Source: Squalus acanthias
Lineage: Eukaryota
NCBI GenBank assembly: GCA_030390025.1
Contig: CM059447.1
Coordinates: forward strand, 15,376,001-15,440,000
Length of the DNA: 64,000 bases
Direction: 5' to 3'
Below the pieces are notes generated by a model. It ran no database searches. It was not told the DNA's origin and saw only the letters and a program-made list of their open reading frames with translations. Numbering within the stretch: position 1 is the first letter of the stretch; every line of letters starts with the position of its first letter. Below are positions 38,046 through 52,069 of the stretch, one piece after another. Both the position numbers and the translations under genes were made by a program.

Positions 38046-38745
38046 GGGGCGAGTTTCCGCTAGGTTGTGCTGGTTATTTCAGTGCAATTCGCCCGAGATC
38101 GGCCAAACCAGCCCAAAAGACCGAGGAATTTCAAGCGCAAGTTACGTCCAGCGCAAATCGAGTTTCCGCCATCTTTTCCACTGGTTTAAAAAACATCGCG
38201 CTGGAAGCCGGCCCCGCCCACAAAACTGGCCACGCCAACTGATCGAACTAATCAGTATGGCGAGTTTCTGCTAATCGTGCCTGTTTGCGTCCCTTCGAGG
38301 AGGCTCTTAAAATTAAGCTGTTTCTCTGAAAAGTTTTTAAATATTAAAAAATATTGACTTTACTTTACGAAGAAACTGACTTGTGTACACCTTAATACTA
38401 ATAAATGGTTCTGTATAGTTTTTTATTTAAAGTCATTTTCAATTATTTAAAATCGGTTTACTCACAGGTGGTGGACTAGACGCCCATTAAAAATGATTAA
38501 GTTTTTGTGATAAACCCATTTTCAGCTGTATTAATAAAACAGCACCAGGTCACCACTCCTGATATATCGAGGAATAGTTTTTAATGCAAGGGTTGCCCGA
38601 TTGCGCTGGTTGACGGAAGATTTTACGTTTGTGATTATGCAAATGAGTTTGAGCAGAAACTTGAGCCATACCGTCACTTCGGAAAGCTAGCGCAATTTTG
38701 AGCGCAATTTGCGCCCGGATTGCCGATTGCGCCCAAAGCGACAAC
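38046..38745. mobile_element. Probable non-autonomous DNA transposon with CpG-rich ends and AT-rich core
   Basis: Begins ggggcgagtttcc with repeated gcgcaa/ttgcgc motifs at both ends. The right TIR is not clearly resolved. Confidence 0.4.
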
Positions 38746-39185
38746 CTGCAGTCATGGAAGTTTTTCAGATTTTAATGTGACTTCTACGCATGCCATAAAA
38801 AATGCAATTAAAGAAACAGAAATTATAGAGCAGGTCTCAGTGAGGGTAAATAGGAAAAAAAATGATCAAACATCACAATAAAACACCAGAAAAATGATTT
38901 GGTCTCCTGCTGCTCCTGAAAGTCTGGATTTAATTTTACACCTGTTTTGAACCAGCATAATTGCAGGAAATTTGTGTGTACAGCTCTTTTGCCTGGGGCG
39001 GAGCTATTATTATGAGCAGAGATGCATTCGGGCGCAGGGCTCGATAGACCGGCGTAAAAGAGCGAGGAAATTCTGAAGTAGTATAATTACACACTTGCTC
39101 CTAAGTTTCCACGATTTTTACGCTGGGTATTTGCTTTCTGCCCCGATTACACATGTCTCCGGGCACCACCTCCTCCAAGTTCCCC

Positions 39186-39417
39186 TCCAAGTCACACGCC
39201 ATCCTGACTTAGAAGTATATCGCCGATCCTTCATCGTTGCTGGGTCAAAATCCTAGAACTCCCTCCCTAACAGCACTGTGGGAGTACCTTCACCACACAG
39301 ACTGCAGCGGTTCAAGAAGGCGGCTCACCACCATCTTCTCAAGGGCAATTAGGGATGGGCAATAAATGCTGGCCTTGCCAGCGACGCCCACATCCCAAAA
39401 ACGAATTTAAAAAAAAT
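39186..39417 (+). mobile_element. Second CR1-group LINE 3' end
   Basis: Same family as 16770-16959; ends cccacatcccaaaaacgaattt(a)n. Confidence 0.8.
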
Positions 39418-40564
39418 ACACAGGAAATTCCACTTCATTATGGCCTGGTGTTACAAACTGGCTATTTTAATCTTTGCTTCAATAAAAATATCAAATCTTT
39501 CACGATTTTTTCTCCAACACTCATAATTCTCAGGCTTACGGTGGTGTCGTCCTTTGGTTGTACCACAAATTCTGTTCCTAAAGGTGCTGAAATATTTAAA
39601 ACAATTTCTTTGGCTAACGAAAGAATAATGTGTAAACAACACCACACTTAATTCAGGTGAATGGGCCCTTGACTCAGCTCACAGTCACAGTCAACATTCT
39701 TTCTTTCGCGATGCAATATTCAATGCAGCAGATTAGATGACACAGAGTAAGCCAAGTCATATCAATTAACATAGCCTTCGCATGTGCCCTTTACACTACT
39801 CCACTGTCAGAACCAACAACAAAGTAACAAGCAGCAGGCAGGCACTGCCTTTAGGCTAGCAGCAACTGCTAATTAAGCCAGGCCTGTATTCTTTCAGGCG
39901 CTGGAATTCCTATTAGGTAATGGAAATGGATGGAACTTGAAAAACAATTGATTGCTCAATTACAATCTTATTAAAACATGTTTGGAGATTGCTGCCACCA
40001 TAGATGAGGATAACTGCTTTAAAGATACAACATCCCACACGGTAATCTTGTTTCATCTCTCCAGCAGTGGTAATGATAGCATGGTGCTGTCAGTCTGCCA
40101 GTCTGCCCATCTGTCTTGGCACCTCAACAACTTCACAATACTCTTGGATGTATCATGGTCTCGTCTGACTTTGTGTGAAAATGGATCAGAAATGTGTTGC
40201 ATGTATGTCCCAGTAATGTGTCTATAGCACTAAGCTGTTTCCTCAGTAACCCAAACCCTCCACATTGCGCTGACACCTGGCTAACGCCGCTGGATCTTAC
40301 TGTGCTGGCCTTAGTGAATCCAGCGAGTTTAGTTTGCGATTGTCTTTGGCCATTTGAGATCTGCCTGTTGAGATTCGGCATCATTAGGTCTTGTGCAGTA
40401 TAAACTCAGCTCTTATTGGATTAGTGTTCCATCAAATTTGGTGAGCGGTTTCCTCAGAAGAGGATCTTCCTTTGATCATCTGTCGGGACTATATTGTACA
40501 CAGGACTGCGCAGGATGCTCATGTACTGCGTTTTCAGCTCTGAATTGGCCATGATTTGTATATG

Positions 40565-41015
40565 TGCATTGTGCTACTTAAGTTTAGCTGATTTCAACTG
40601 AGGCAGCAGCTGGGTGCAAGAATCAGCCTTAGTGTCCTCGGGCTTCAGAGGGGACAAATTAGCTAGGGTTCACCCTGCTGAGCGCTGTGTACTGATACCT
40701 GCTGGACAATGTGGGTATGTGGACGTCCGGTGAGGACAGCGCCGGACTTGACTGTGATGCTTTCAAGAGCTGAACAGCCTGCTGACACTCACCATCTGAG
40801 CTCACACATGAAGAATGGACACTTAGACAAGGTACTTATGGAACCATGTCCTGGTAAGAGTCGGTGCCTTCAGTTGGGTGAGGTACCAGTGGCTGTGCTG
40901 GTGCCCATGGATCTACTCATCAGTATAAGTCGGTGCCTTCAGTAGGGTGAAGTACCAGAGACTCTGTTGGTGTCCGTGGATCTACACAACAACATAGGTC
41001 AGATCCTCAGTAAGA
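40565..41015 (+). mobile_element. Old SINE (AmnSINE2-like) with tandemly reiterated ~71-bp 3' unit
   Basis: Units ggtgaggtaccag...ggatctac...aagtcggtgccttcag at ~40877 and ~40946, plus a shorter first unit at ~40830. Confidence 0.6.
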
Positions 41016-41110
41016 AAGTGGGAAAGGGAGGGGGAGTGCAACCATAAAAACTGTTACAGAAAATGGAAAAGGCAGGAGTCGGATTATTTACACCGTGGTA
41101 AAACAGTGTG

Positions 41111-41790
41111 AACATAAGAACATAAGAAACAGGAGCAGGAGTAGGCCAATCGGCCCCTCGAGCCTGCTCTGCCATTCAATAAGATCATGGCTGATCCAAT
41201 CTTGGCCTCAACTCCACTTTCACCGCTCTCTCCCCATACCCCTTGACTCCCTTGTAGTTCAAATGTCTGTCAATCTCTGCCTTGAATATATTCAGTGACC
41301 CCGCCTCCACAGCTCTCTGGGGTAGAGAATTCCAAAGATTCATGACCCTCTGAGAGAAGAAATTCCTCCTCATCTCCGTCTTAAATGGGCGACCCCTTAT
41401 TCTGAAACTATGCCCCCTAGTTCTAGATACCCCCACTAGGGGAAACATCCTCTCAGCATCTACCCTGTCAATCCCCCTCAGAATCTTATATGTTTCAATA
41501 AGACCACCTCTCATTCTTCTAAACTCCAATGAGTATAGGCCCAACCTGCTCAACCTTTCGTCATACGTCAACCCCTTCATCCCAGGAATTAACCTAGTGA
41601 ACCTTCTCTGCACTGCCTCCAATGCAAGTATATCCTTCCTTAAATATGGAGACCAAAACTGTACGCAGTACTCCAGGTGCGGTCTCATCAGCGCCCTGTA
41701 AAGTTGCATCAAAACTTCCCTACTTTTATACTCCATACCCCTTGCAATAAAGGCCAGCATTCCATTAGCCTTCCTAATTACTTGTTGTAT
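41111..41790 (-). mobile_element. CR1/HER1-type LINE 3' fragment, young
   Basis: 191-aa open frame LYRALMRPHLEYCVQFWSPYLRKDI...WNSLPQRAVEA and a (gaacataa)n tail. Confidence 0.95.
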
Positions 41791-42409
41791 CTGTATGCAC
41801 GTGCAATCAAATTTAGCTCTGCATCTATGTGTAACTGTTTTCTCAAAGTCTCACTGTAAGAAGCTGAAAATGCTTTTATTTGAATTAGGCCGTCCTGACT
41901 GAGTACCTTCCTTGTATGCGATTTATTTTAAAGAAGGGCATGCAGCTGTCCATATGTCACAATGATCTATGTATAAGTTTTGGGTTCAGCTTCCTGGATT
42001 CTGGTAACTATGAGTGGTTTAACTGCTGACAGACTTTTCTTGTGGTGGTTGTGTTATCAGGGCCGAGGTGTGGTCATCTATACAGCGGTCAGTTTGGCTT
42101 TGGCACGCGCCCTAGCATTCTGACTGATTTTATTTGGAAAAAGAAGTATAAAACAGATCTCATGCTGAGGAATACCCAAATACCCAAAAGGAATGAACCA
42201 TGTGTTCTAGTTAAAAAAAAATTCTAATAAAATACAAATGAAAAAAACATGTTCCAGTTTGTGAGGTGACCTCAGCCTCAAGCTTATGTACAGTTACACA
42301 GGTTCCTAGTTTAACCCTTATGTTCTGCTTTTCTTCTGGAAAAATATTTAGGAGCATGAAGGACGATAGTTCTATTCGTAGGGTTCATTTGGCTGCTAGC
42401 TTCCTGCAC

Positions 42410-42845
42410 AACACGGAAGGAGGGCATTTGGCCCATTGCACCTGACAGTTTTCTGAAAGAACTACCACTTAATCCCATTCCCATGCCCTTTTCCCATAAT
42501 CTTTAAAATTTTCTCTTTTGAATATTTATCTATTTCCTTTTAAATGACTGTGGATTCTGATTCCACCATTGTTTCTGGTAGGACATTCCCGGGTCTAACA
42601 ATTCTCCATGTAAAAGTATTCCCTTCATTCTAATGGTGATGATCTTAAATTTATGCCCTTTAGTTACGGACGTGGGAATAGCGTTTCCCAGGTTACAATA
42701 TCAAAACATCTTGTAATTTTGAACACCTCTATTACATCTCCTCTCAACCTTCTTTGCTCCAATGAAACCAGCCCCAGTTTCTCTAGTCTTTCCTCAGAAC
42801 TAAAGCCTGGTATAATCGAAGAGAATCTTTTCTGCACCCTCTCAA
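42410..42845 (-). mobile_element. Degenerate CR1 3' fragment
   Basis: Antisense CR1 3' signature: tctcctctcaaccttctttgctcc and ttctgcaccctctc. Confidence 0.7.
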
Positions 42846-42849
42846 AGCT

Positions 42850-42972
42850 TACACCTGATTCTACATTACACCTGTCCTATATCCCACCAGCTTCTGTATA
42901 ACACCAGCTTCTATATATCTGGTTCTATATTAAGCTTCCTTCTATTTTATACCAACTTCTGTATTACACCGG
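42850..42972. repeat. Imperfect ~16-17 bp minisatellite (acaccagcttctgtata)
   Basis: Several degenerate tandem units. Confidence 0.65.
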
Positions 42973-43291
42973 CATGTGGAAACTCCGTGAGATGTGATCT
43001 GAAGCTGAGCCAAACGCAGAAGCTCCTAAATCTGGTGCTAAGAATGCTTGAAAGCAGAAAACTGTCACTTCTGGTTATTCTCCAACTACTTTACTGTATT
43101 TCCTCTGATGGCAAGAACATTACTGGAGGTAAACCTTTGAATAAACAAGCATTGCTAGTGTCATCTGTGGTATCAAAGCTGGAAGATATATGATTTAAAA
43201 GGGCACTATTTTTCTTTGTTCACAAACGCACAACATAATTACACAAAGCACATTAAGACATATAATTGCTCAGCTGCACTTGCCAAGGAAG

Positions 43292-44130
43292 CATAGAAGT
43301 TTATAACACAGAAGGAAGCTGTTCAGACCATTGTGTCTGTGCTGGATCTTTGCTGCAGCAGTCCAAATATACTGCCTCACTTTCTCCTTTTAATCCTGTA
43401 TCTTCCTCCTCTTCAAGTGTTTATCTTCTCTTAAAAAAGATGCAATGGTCTCAGCCTCAGTTATTCTTTGGGGCAAAGCATTCGACGCTCTAACAATCCC
43501 CTGCATAAAGAAATTTCTCCTAACCTCTCTCCTCACTCTCTTAGTGACGCATTTAAATTGATGACCCCTCATCACTGACTCCCCAACCAAAGGAAAAGGT
43601 CTTTCTCAATTCACCCTATCAAAACCCTTCATCATTTAAAAAAAAACCTCTATTAAATTGCCCTATAGCTTTCTCTGCTTCACTGGAAATAGTCCCAATA
43701 TCTCTCATACTAACTATAGTTTCTCATCACTGGTATCATCCTGGTGAATCTGCTTTGTATGCTCTGTATGGTTTTATTATCCTTTCTATAAACTCTAGCT
43801 ATAGCCTAACCATTGCCTTCTACAAATTGATCATAGCTCGTTACTCCTGCACTCTATCCACCTATTTGTCAAACCCAAAATGCTATTCACCTTTTTTATG
43901 GCTTTCTCTACCCGGATTTGCATTCAAGGAATAATGTATTTGCACCCCAGGTCTCTCCGTTTCTCCTTTTGTGTCTTTCCATTGAGTTTATACTGACATT
44001 TCCTCCCATGTATATTCCCAAACTTCTCCACATTAAATTGCATCTGCCACCTATCTGCCCATTCCACTAACCTGTCTATGTCTGGCTGAAGTCTTTTGCA
44101 GCCCTCCTCATTGTGTTACCTGCAGATTTT
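43292..44130 (-). mobile_element. Degenerate CR1 3' fragment
   Basis: VGESVMRGHQFK...VRRNFFMQGIVRASNALPQ. Confidence 0.8.
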
Positions 44131-45229
44131 ATCATCCCCATCATGCCCTTGTGATTCCTGCAATTGCTGCTCTGTTAGGGGTGGGGGGGGGGTGGGTGGA
44201 GGAGATGTGTTGATTGGAATTCATAATTGTGTCCTTGGATTCCTGATATGCAAGTTATTTAATGCCTCGCCCCCCCACCCCCATGCGCCCAGTAGTAAAG
44301 CATCTGACCTCTGCTTGACACTTTTCCCAGATAACAGGGCATAAATTGGGAGCATTTGTCCGGGGCATTGCAGCAGAAACTCTTGACCCACCACAGCATG
44401 CTCTGGTATCAATCCTGTATATTTATATTGTAAAATAGCTTAAAGTCGAGGCTCGCAGTACACAACATTTGGTGCAGAAATGCTACCGTTCTTAATGGCG
44501 TTACTAATCATTGTCTAAACTGATCTATCTGATGTACAACATATGAATTGGATTAGTAATTTCCTATGACTGTGCAACCCAATTAACTGACTCTGCGATT
44601 GTACAAAATACAGAAGCAGTTTTCCTTATTTGGACTTTGCCTGCAGAATATTTGTTCCTGTTCAATGAATCCAGTCAATCTGAGGGAAAGTATGCACACA
44701 ATGTGCCAAATACAACAAAAAGGGAACCACAGAGAATTGTTGCATTGCCACATTCAATTTAAACCAGCCAACAAGTGACAATAAATGGTGAATAACTAAA
44801 AGAAGGGTATTATATAAAGTTGTTCAACCTCAGCAAAACATACATGATGAACTGATTTCTGGTAAGATGCCTATGAATTAAGTGATGCACGCTCTATATT
44901 GACTGCTACTGCAGTTTTGTGATGATTCTGATTGCAGCCAATTTAGAGGGAGATGCACACTCTGCTGTCTATGTGGCTGGGCTTCATGGGTGGGAGTTGA
45001 ATACCAGATTCGTTGGATATGTGTGTGAACAAATCATCTAAAGCTGCAGGATCCGTGTGTCATTGCTTTCCATTGTCAGCATTATTTCCTCACAAATATA
45101 GTGGGCTGCAAAACAGTCAATCAAATGGCTGTTGGTAACAAAATAACCAGAGTGATGTTTTGGGAGAGGAGGTTGTTCAATAACGTTTCAATAGAGGGCC
45201 AGTGGAAGACTTTTAAAGATAAATACATA

Positions 45230-46240
45230 CCAAAAATCATGACTGCTATAAATCTTGCAGTGTGAAAGAAATGGTTCCTTGGGATGACCATAGGAAATGC
45301 AGAAACACGTTAAAAGGGTGATCAGAAGGCCAAAGAGAGACCTAGTCAAAAAAAATGTCAGTGCTATAACAGTAAAAGCTCTGAAAGAGTGAGAACCGTA
45401 TTAGATGCAAACGGACTTGAAAGTGAGGATGAACACAAAATAGTAAATATTCTGAATGATTATTTCCTCCAAGTATTGAGAAAGAATGGCATGAGCAACA
45501 CGATCTCCCCCAAATGGAATTAAGCAAAGTAAAATCAATGACAATGAAATCAATGAGATGGAAGTCTCAGACAGGCTAAAGCGGTTCAAAACAAATAAAT
45601 CGCCAGTGATAGATGGGACTAATTCCAGAATGCTGAAATAAACTAAGGAGGACATTTGTGAGGCATTGCAAATCATTGAAGGAGTCACTGAATAGTGGGC
45701 AGGTACCAGTAGATTGGAAGAAGGGAGGAATGTAGTGTTCATATTCAAAAAAAGCAATGGAACAGACACAGGCAAGTATTTCCATTCCATATAAAATAAT
45801 GGCATCAATTATCAAGAGTAAATTTGGTGATTATCAGCACAATAATCGAGTAAATATTAGTCAATGTGGATTCAGATGGGAATAATCTTGTCTGATGAAC
45901 TGCCTCAACTTCTTTGAGGATGTGACATCCTAGGTGGACTATTACATAGTGTACTGAGACTTCCAAAAGGCCATTAGTTAAAGTCAAAGCTGTGGTGATT
46001 CAGGATAAACCATGGGAATGGATAGGAAATTGGCTTGTTAGAAGAGTTATGTCTGGGTGGAGGAGAGTATTGAGTGGAGTGCCCCAGGGCTTGATGTTTA
46101 GACTACTACTGTTTCTAATTTACATAAATAATATTGATTCAGAAACTCAATGCAAAGTGGTCAAATTTGCCAGATGATCCAAGACTAGGAGGGACAGTGG
46201 AATCAGAGGAGGCAGCTCAGAAAGTACAGAATGAATTGGC
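45230..46240 (+). mobile_element. Degenerate CR1 RT-region fragment
   Basis: WIGNWL...VLSGVPQGLMFRLLLFLIYINNID...VVKFA. Confidence 0.8.
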
Positions 46241-46529
46241 AAAGTATTATCTATGATATTAAAATGATTGCGTAAAGGCAATGTTTTAATTACCCACTTT
46301 ACACCCTTAAATGTGTAGTGTTAGAGCATGCTATTAATTGTAGTGTTCTTAGATTGTCCTTTGGCAGTCTGAATGCACTGTATACTCATGGACCAATGCT
46401 TCCTTGTAGAGTTGCCTGAGTTTTCTACATTTCAGCTGGAATGTTAGGGGAAATACCAAGTGGATCTTAGTTATCTTGCCTGTTGGAAAAGAGGTAAATT
46501 CCACTTGTAAATCATCCTCTGCGATTGCC

Positions 46530-49040
46530 ATGTCCTTTCAATTTCTGATCCATTCCCAGGGTTTACCCTGAATACCCACAGCTTTCAATGTAATTAATAG
46601 CCTTTCACGGGGAATTTACTCAATTGCAGTTTTGGAAGTCGAGGTACACCACTTCATAGAGCTTACCGCAGTGTACTTGGGTTGCCACTTCCTCTAAGAA
46701 GTCGAGAAGGTTAGTCAGACAGGATCTTCCCTTTCTGAATCAATGCTGACTGCTGTTAACTAGGTTCCTGTTGTATAGATGATCTTCAAGCTTACTCCTG
46801 ATAATCAATTCCGTTATTTTACATGAAATGGAAGTAAGACTAATGGGTCTGTAGTTGCCTGTTTCTATTTTGTCGCCCTTTTTGAGCATGGCCACCACAT
46901 TAGCCTGTTCCGATCTATTGATTATCAGTGCCTCATAAATCTCTTCCCGAATCTCTTTCTGCACTCTGGAATAAATATCAATTATTCTGGGGATTTATTT
47001 GTTTTCAGCACAATTAGCCTGTCTAGGACTTCCATCTCATTTGTAACAGTCATTGGTTTTACTTGGGATACCCTTGTTTCTAGAGGGCTGCACTGTTGGA
47101 GATGTCATCTGTCGGATGAAATGGTAAACCAAGGCCCCATCTGCTCTCTCAGCTGAACGTAAAAGATCCCATGGCACTATTCAAAGAGCAGGGAAGTTCT
47201 GCCGGTGTCCTGATCAACATTTATCCCTCAACTAATACCTAAATCAGATGAGCTGGTTATTTATTTTCATTGCTGTTTGTGGGAGCTTGCTGTGCACAAA
47301 TTAGCTGCTTTGTTTCCTACATTACAACAGTGACTACACTTTAAAAGTACTTTATTGGCTGTAAAGCGCTTTGGGACGTCTTGAGGTTATAAAAGGTGCT
47401 GTATACATGCAAGTTCTTTCTTACCCAGATTAGTTCTTGTAGCTTTCTACCTTACACAGGATAAACTTCTTTTACCTCCAAGCTGTCCCTGACATATAGG
47501 TCTACATCACCTCCTAATTTGTCCATTCTGTATTTTCAAAACACTCTACATCCCTGAATGTTAAATTAATTTCCGTCCATGTTCTTGATATTCCCACCAT
47601 ATTGTAGCTTCTAGCTGTCAGAACAGATTCCAATTCATTTACTCCTATGTGGACTACTATCACTGAGTCCCTACCTGTCCCCTTCAGTAGCCCTCCTTAC
47701 CTTTCCTCAGTGTGTACTGCTCTAGCTCCTGGTAGACTACTCACTCACCATCGTGTAGGCTTTGTTCATACGACAAACATGGCTATCCACTTTCCAGAGC
47801 AAAGAATTGCCTATGATTACAATCTTTCTGTGACCTGCAAACTGCATCTTTGTCTATTTTGTACTCTCTAGTTTTCTCACTACACTTTACTTCTGCAATG
47901 TTGGACAGTGTCCGGCATCTGTTCACTAATGTAATCTCAGATATTTTCAAAGAGTTTCTACCTATCTTTCTTTTTTGAACCAATCTTTATCCATCCAATA
48001 TATACATTACCTTGACTTCACCAGCAATTGTTCCTTTGACATGACAACACTGTTCCTGATTCTACTGGTCCCCAGTTCCAATCCCTGAATGTTCACTCTT
48101 GACGTCTGAGACTAGCCTGATCATATGACTTACCTGAAAGTCTCAGGGGACTGGGACTAATTGGATAGATCTTTCAAAGAGCTGGCACAGGCACAATGGG
48201 CCAAATGGCCTGTGCTGCACCATTCTATGATTCTATGAAATGACTCACTTACTAAATCCAACACTATTTAGTCACCCTCAAAAATTGCCTCACTTCTGTC
48301 TATCTACCCTTGTGAGTCCCTTGCTCTCTAAACTCCTTCTTTAAGCTGACTGATTAACAGACCGTTTCCGCATCTCTTCACCCTTCTATTGTATCTGGCT
48401 GTCTCATTTGTGAACATCCCACAGCAAATATACCTCAAAGTCGCCATCTTAGTTTCTTTCTCTCATCTGTTTCCCTTCCTTGTTGTATTTCTCCCGTTGT
48501 CCCCTTTGGTTTAACTTTCTTTCAACCCCGGTGCTCCCTTTTGATTTTACTTTTATCTGGTGCCCTCTTTTAATTGTTACTTCCCTCTGGTGTTTTCTTT
48601 TACTTTTTACTTCCTTCGGGTGTTATTTAATTTGGCTTATTCTGGGTGGTCCTCTTCATCGTCTGCTCCACACAGGTGTTTCCTTTCATCTTCGTTCTTC
48701 TCCACTGCACCCTTAAACTCTTAACTTCTTAGCTTTTCTCCTTTTAATCTCCTGCCTGTGCTCCTCTTCAAGAAGATACCTCGAGTTACTGATCCTTTTG
48801 TCTTTCCTGCTCCCCTGTTACTGTACCTGATTGCTGAAACTTCACGTTGTGCGGAGGCTTTGGTGAATCGAGCTCTGCTCGCGGCAAAGTATTGGCCCGA
48901 AACAGTTCACCTTGTTGCCAATTTAGATGGCGTCTGTGGTCCTTTTGGTTCACTTCTGCTGGTGTCTGAGTTCTTTGGTGTCTCTGCTGTTTATTGATGC
49001 TTTTGAAACTTTCACGGGAGCGCTCGGAGGAGCTTCTGGC
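46530..49040 (-). mobile_element. Internally deleted CR1 LINE: 5' region and ORF1 esterase remnant through to the RT start
   Basis: Minus strand GGLLKGTGRDSVIVVHIGVNEL (~47631-47696) resembles the CR1 ORF1 SGNH-esterase VVHIGTND motif. KKGDKIETGNYRPISLTSISCKITE (46740-46964) is pre-RT. The 5' boundary is uncertain. Confidence 0.65.
47087..47422 (+). mobile_element. SacSINE1-like SINE, 5'-truncated, nested in CR1
   Basis: Colinear with 1800-2135. Confidence 0.82.
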
Positions 49041-49332
49041 AGTAAACCACTAATCAACTAACTCAGCACAGACTGGGGAGTGAACCTAGGAACTCGTGGT
49101 CTTGCACGGCTCAGTTACTCACGGGCTTTTACCGGCACAGTCCCTCTCCGGCTTCCTCTCACTAATGCCAGATTCAGTCTGCAGTAATTCCTCCATGATA
49201 AGTTATGCATTTATGTCTATTCCAGTCGTTCTCCAAAAGTATTGACAAGCCTGTGACCCACACTGCTCCATCCTCTACTGGACCAGGGAGCATGGCAGTA
49301 GGAGTAAATGGCTCCAATCGAATTTTCTTACT

Positions 49333-49783
49333 AAAATAAAAACAGAAAATGCTGGAAATACTCAGCAGATCAGGCAGCATCTGTAGAGAGAGAAACAGAG
49401 TTAACGTTTCAGGTCGATGACCCTTCGCCAGAACTGGAAAAGTTGGAGATGTAACAGGTTTTTAAGCAAGTGTAGGGGGAGGGGAGGAAAGAACAAAAGG
49501 GAAGGTCTGTGATAGGATGGAAGGCAGGAGAGATTAAGAAACAAAAGGGATGATGGTGCAAGGCAAAAGGAGATGGTAATGGGACAAGTTAAGAAACAAA
49601 AGATGACTCTTGATGAAGTGTAAATGGCACTGGCAGAATGATCAACAGCTGCCATGTGAGAGAGAGAAAAAAATGATAGGAGCAGAGGTTATGGTCTGAA
49701 ATTGTTGAACTCGATGTTGAGTCCAGAAGGCTGTAAAGTGCCGAATCAAAAGATGAGGTGCTGTTCCTCGAGCTTACGTTGAT
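49333..49783 (-). mobile_element. Penelope-like family A fragment: GIY-YIG C-terminus remnant, 3' region and mutated hammerhead
   Basis: Antisense QRKLEEQHLIF*FGTLQPSGLNIEFNNFRP*. Hammerhead at 49399-49435 has core CUGGCGA. Confidence 0.82.
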
Positions 49784-50837
49784 TTTTTTACTATTGTAAA
49801 ATTTTTACTATTGTAATGAACGTACCCCTGTGTTCATACTCAGTTGTTCTCCTGCTCTGTTTAACAAACTGCTGTTTAAATCAAGTTTAACATTCCATAA
49901 AGATTTACATGGAGAAAGTTGCCAATAAACACTTTCTCACAAGCTGTGCTTATAAGTGTGCCTGAGATCATGGCTGTAATTTTTCTGAATTGCAAAACAA
50001 TTAAAGGAGGATGATGCTGTAACATCGGCAGGGTGTGAGAGCTGGAACAGAGGATTCCACAATCTTCGAGGTCTATTGCGGACCTTCACCTGGAGCATAC
50101 TTTTCAGCAAATATTTGGACGCCACCTGCTATTTTGAAGTGCACAAGAGTACTTTAATAAAGCCGACACCCTAATACAAGAGAAACAAAAACTTGCCCTG
50201 TTCCTATAAAGCAATTCGTGATGTGTTCAAATGGTTTACCTATAAAAAAGCACCTAAATTTCCATGTACATAAATAACGCACACCAGACCAGCAAAATGT
50301 TTAGAATATTCCTACCGTTTGTAAACTGCTGACCATAATCAAAGAGCAACAAAGTCACTTCATCATGTTCCATCATAGTGTGTATCAGAAACCATTACTG
50401 GTAGTCATGTATCCTCTGATTCATTCAGTGCATTAACTCAAATGAATCAGCTATTACCTAACTGATATGCGTATAAATTGAATCTTGGCACTTACAAGAC
50501 TAGTAGCATCAACATTGTGAAATGTTCTCCCAATTAACCCACGTGACACGTGTAGAGACTGTGAGGTAGACTTTCCGTGGTGGTTGTGGATCAGGATGGG
50601 AAGTTGTGGTGGAGGTTTTCTCACCGACCAGAGTAGCACATTGGCTGACCCTGATGACCGCTGAACCTCATTAGCTATATACAGTGAACTGCCGTCAGGT
50701 CATTCACCAGTAACAGGCAGCTTGCAGCTTTGGGTATGGAATATCCAACCCTGAAATAGCTGTTTAAGGAGTGGATCTTTTTTTTTAACAAGCAAACACT
50801 TTTGGAAAGTTCTTCTACACTATTCTGAACTATTATT

Positions 50838-50939
50838 ATGGAGCAACGTTAAGGAAGAGCACCCAGGCTTATATTTGCAGCAGTGAAGGTGCTGCTGCAA
50901 GAAGTGGAGGATAGGAAAGTTGCCCCATTTGCCATTTGA
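50838..50939 (+). pseudogene. Harbinger Myb/SANT-like protein N-terminal remnant
   Basis: MEQR*GRAPRLIFAAVKVLLQEVEDRKVAPF resembles the RAPRF....LEVL...V..R...LF start of Harbinger Myb/SANT proteins. Confidence 0.6.
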
Positions 50940-51101
50940 GGGCACCCTAACCCACAGGGGAGCAGTCAACATTGCCTGAGATTATGGATGTAATTTTCCT
51001 CTTCAAGATGCCAGTAATCTGATCTATAGTAGATGCATGGCTTTGTTGTATCTGCTGACCACGGGTCTCCCAAGGATGATGTTAACCTGCAGACTGTCAT
51101 G

Positions 51102-51977
51102 GGGGGAAAAATTCGGTTGATTAGCGCCTCCCGTTAGCGCCCTAAGAGGGCGCTAACGGGGCGCAAAGCAACTAGCGCCCGGGTGGGGCGATGTTTGCGC
51201 CGCTCGCGAAATTGACCAGACATTTTGCGGCGGCGCTAAACACTACCGCCACGATCTCCTGCACCCACAGATCATGACGTCAGTCGAGCGTGCAACGCCC
51301 CGGACCGGATATTGAGTGGCACCCCATGCCTTTCCGCCTGTCGCTAGCAACGACAGGTAGAGGGGAACGTTTTGCAGTCGGGAAGGGACTGGGAGAGCGC
51401 TATTTAAAGCCGGCCGCTTCCTGCCTTTTTTTTGTAGGCGACATTTTTGCACTACGCATTCTGAGAGAGAGAGAGAGACTTCTGGATTCAATGCTGTGTG
51501 AAGGAGTTTTGGGTACTGAGCAGCACTTTGCAGGTTCATTTTGATTTGACCTTCCTTGCATCGATTTAGAAGAGACTATGGGGGCTGCACTCTGAGCTCT
51601 TTCCCTGGGACTCTCCATTGTTCTTTCCAGCAGAATTGATGTACAGGTCTCTCCAGGCTGAGATTCAAGGCTGCAATGAGCAGGGTGTGGCTGGAGAGCA
51701 ACATCGACCCTCCCCTTTAAGAAGTGGCCGGTGCCAGTGTGTCTGTGTTCCATTGCTAACTGACATCACATGAGCTTCGCCAGCGCTCTGAGGTAGCGCC
51801 TCACTCCTCAGCGTTAGTGCCTTAAGAGAGGTGTAGCGCCTGATTTAGTGCTCAAATCACCTCCAGGGGCAATAGAAGCCAAGTTTGCAGTCGGAGGCGA
51901 TAATTAGCGCCAGGCGCTAAACTTTGCGCCCGGCCGATAATTGTGCTCCAAACGGGGCGATACCAAATTTCTCCCCC
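51102..51977. mobile_element. CpG-rich Harbinger-type non-autonomous element
   Basis: TIRs gggggaaaaatt and aatttctccccc. Left subterminal gcgcctcccgttagcgcc is the reverse complement of 36714-36731. No clean TSD seen. Confidence 0.8.
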
Positions 51978-52069
51978 TTTGTCTCCTAGGAGACATCCTT
52001 GACGTTTGCCTTCTTCACAGGCACAGGATTGGCTTAAAATAAAAGTGATGTGCTGCTAGGCACTGTCCT

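Noticed and set aside
40825-41015. CRISPR-like repeat-spacer pattern
   Set aside because: Eukaryotic context; the units are contiguous degenerate tandem copies with no unique spacers.
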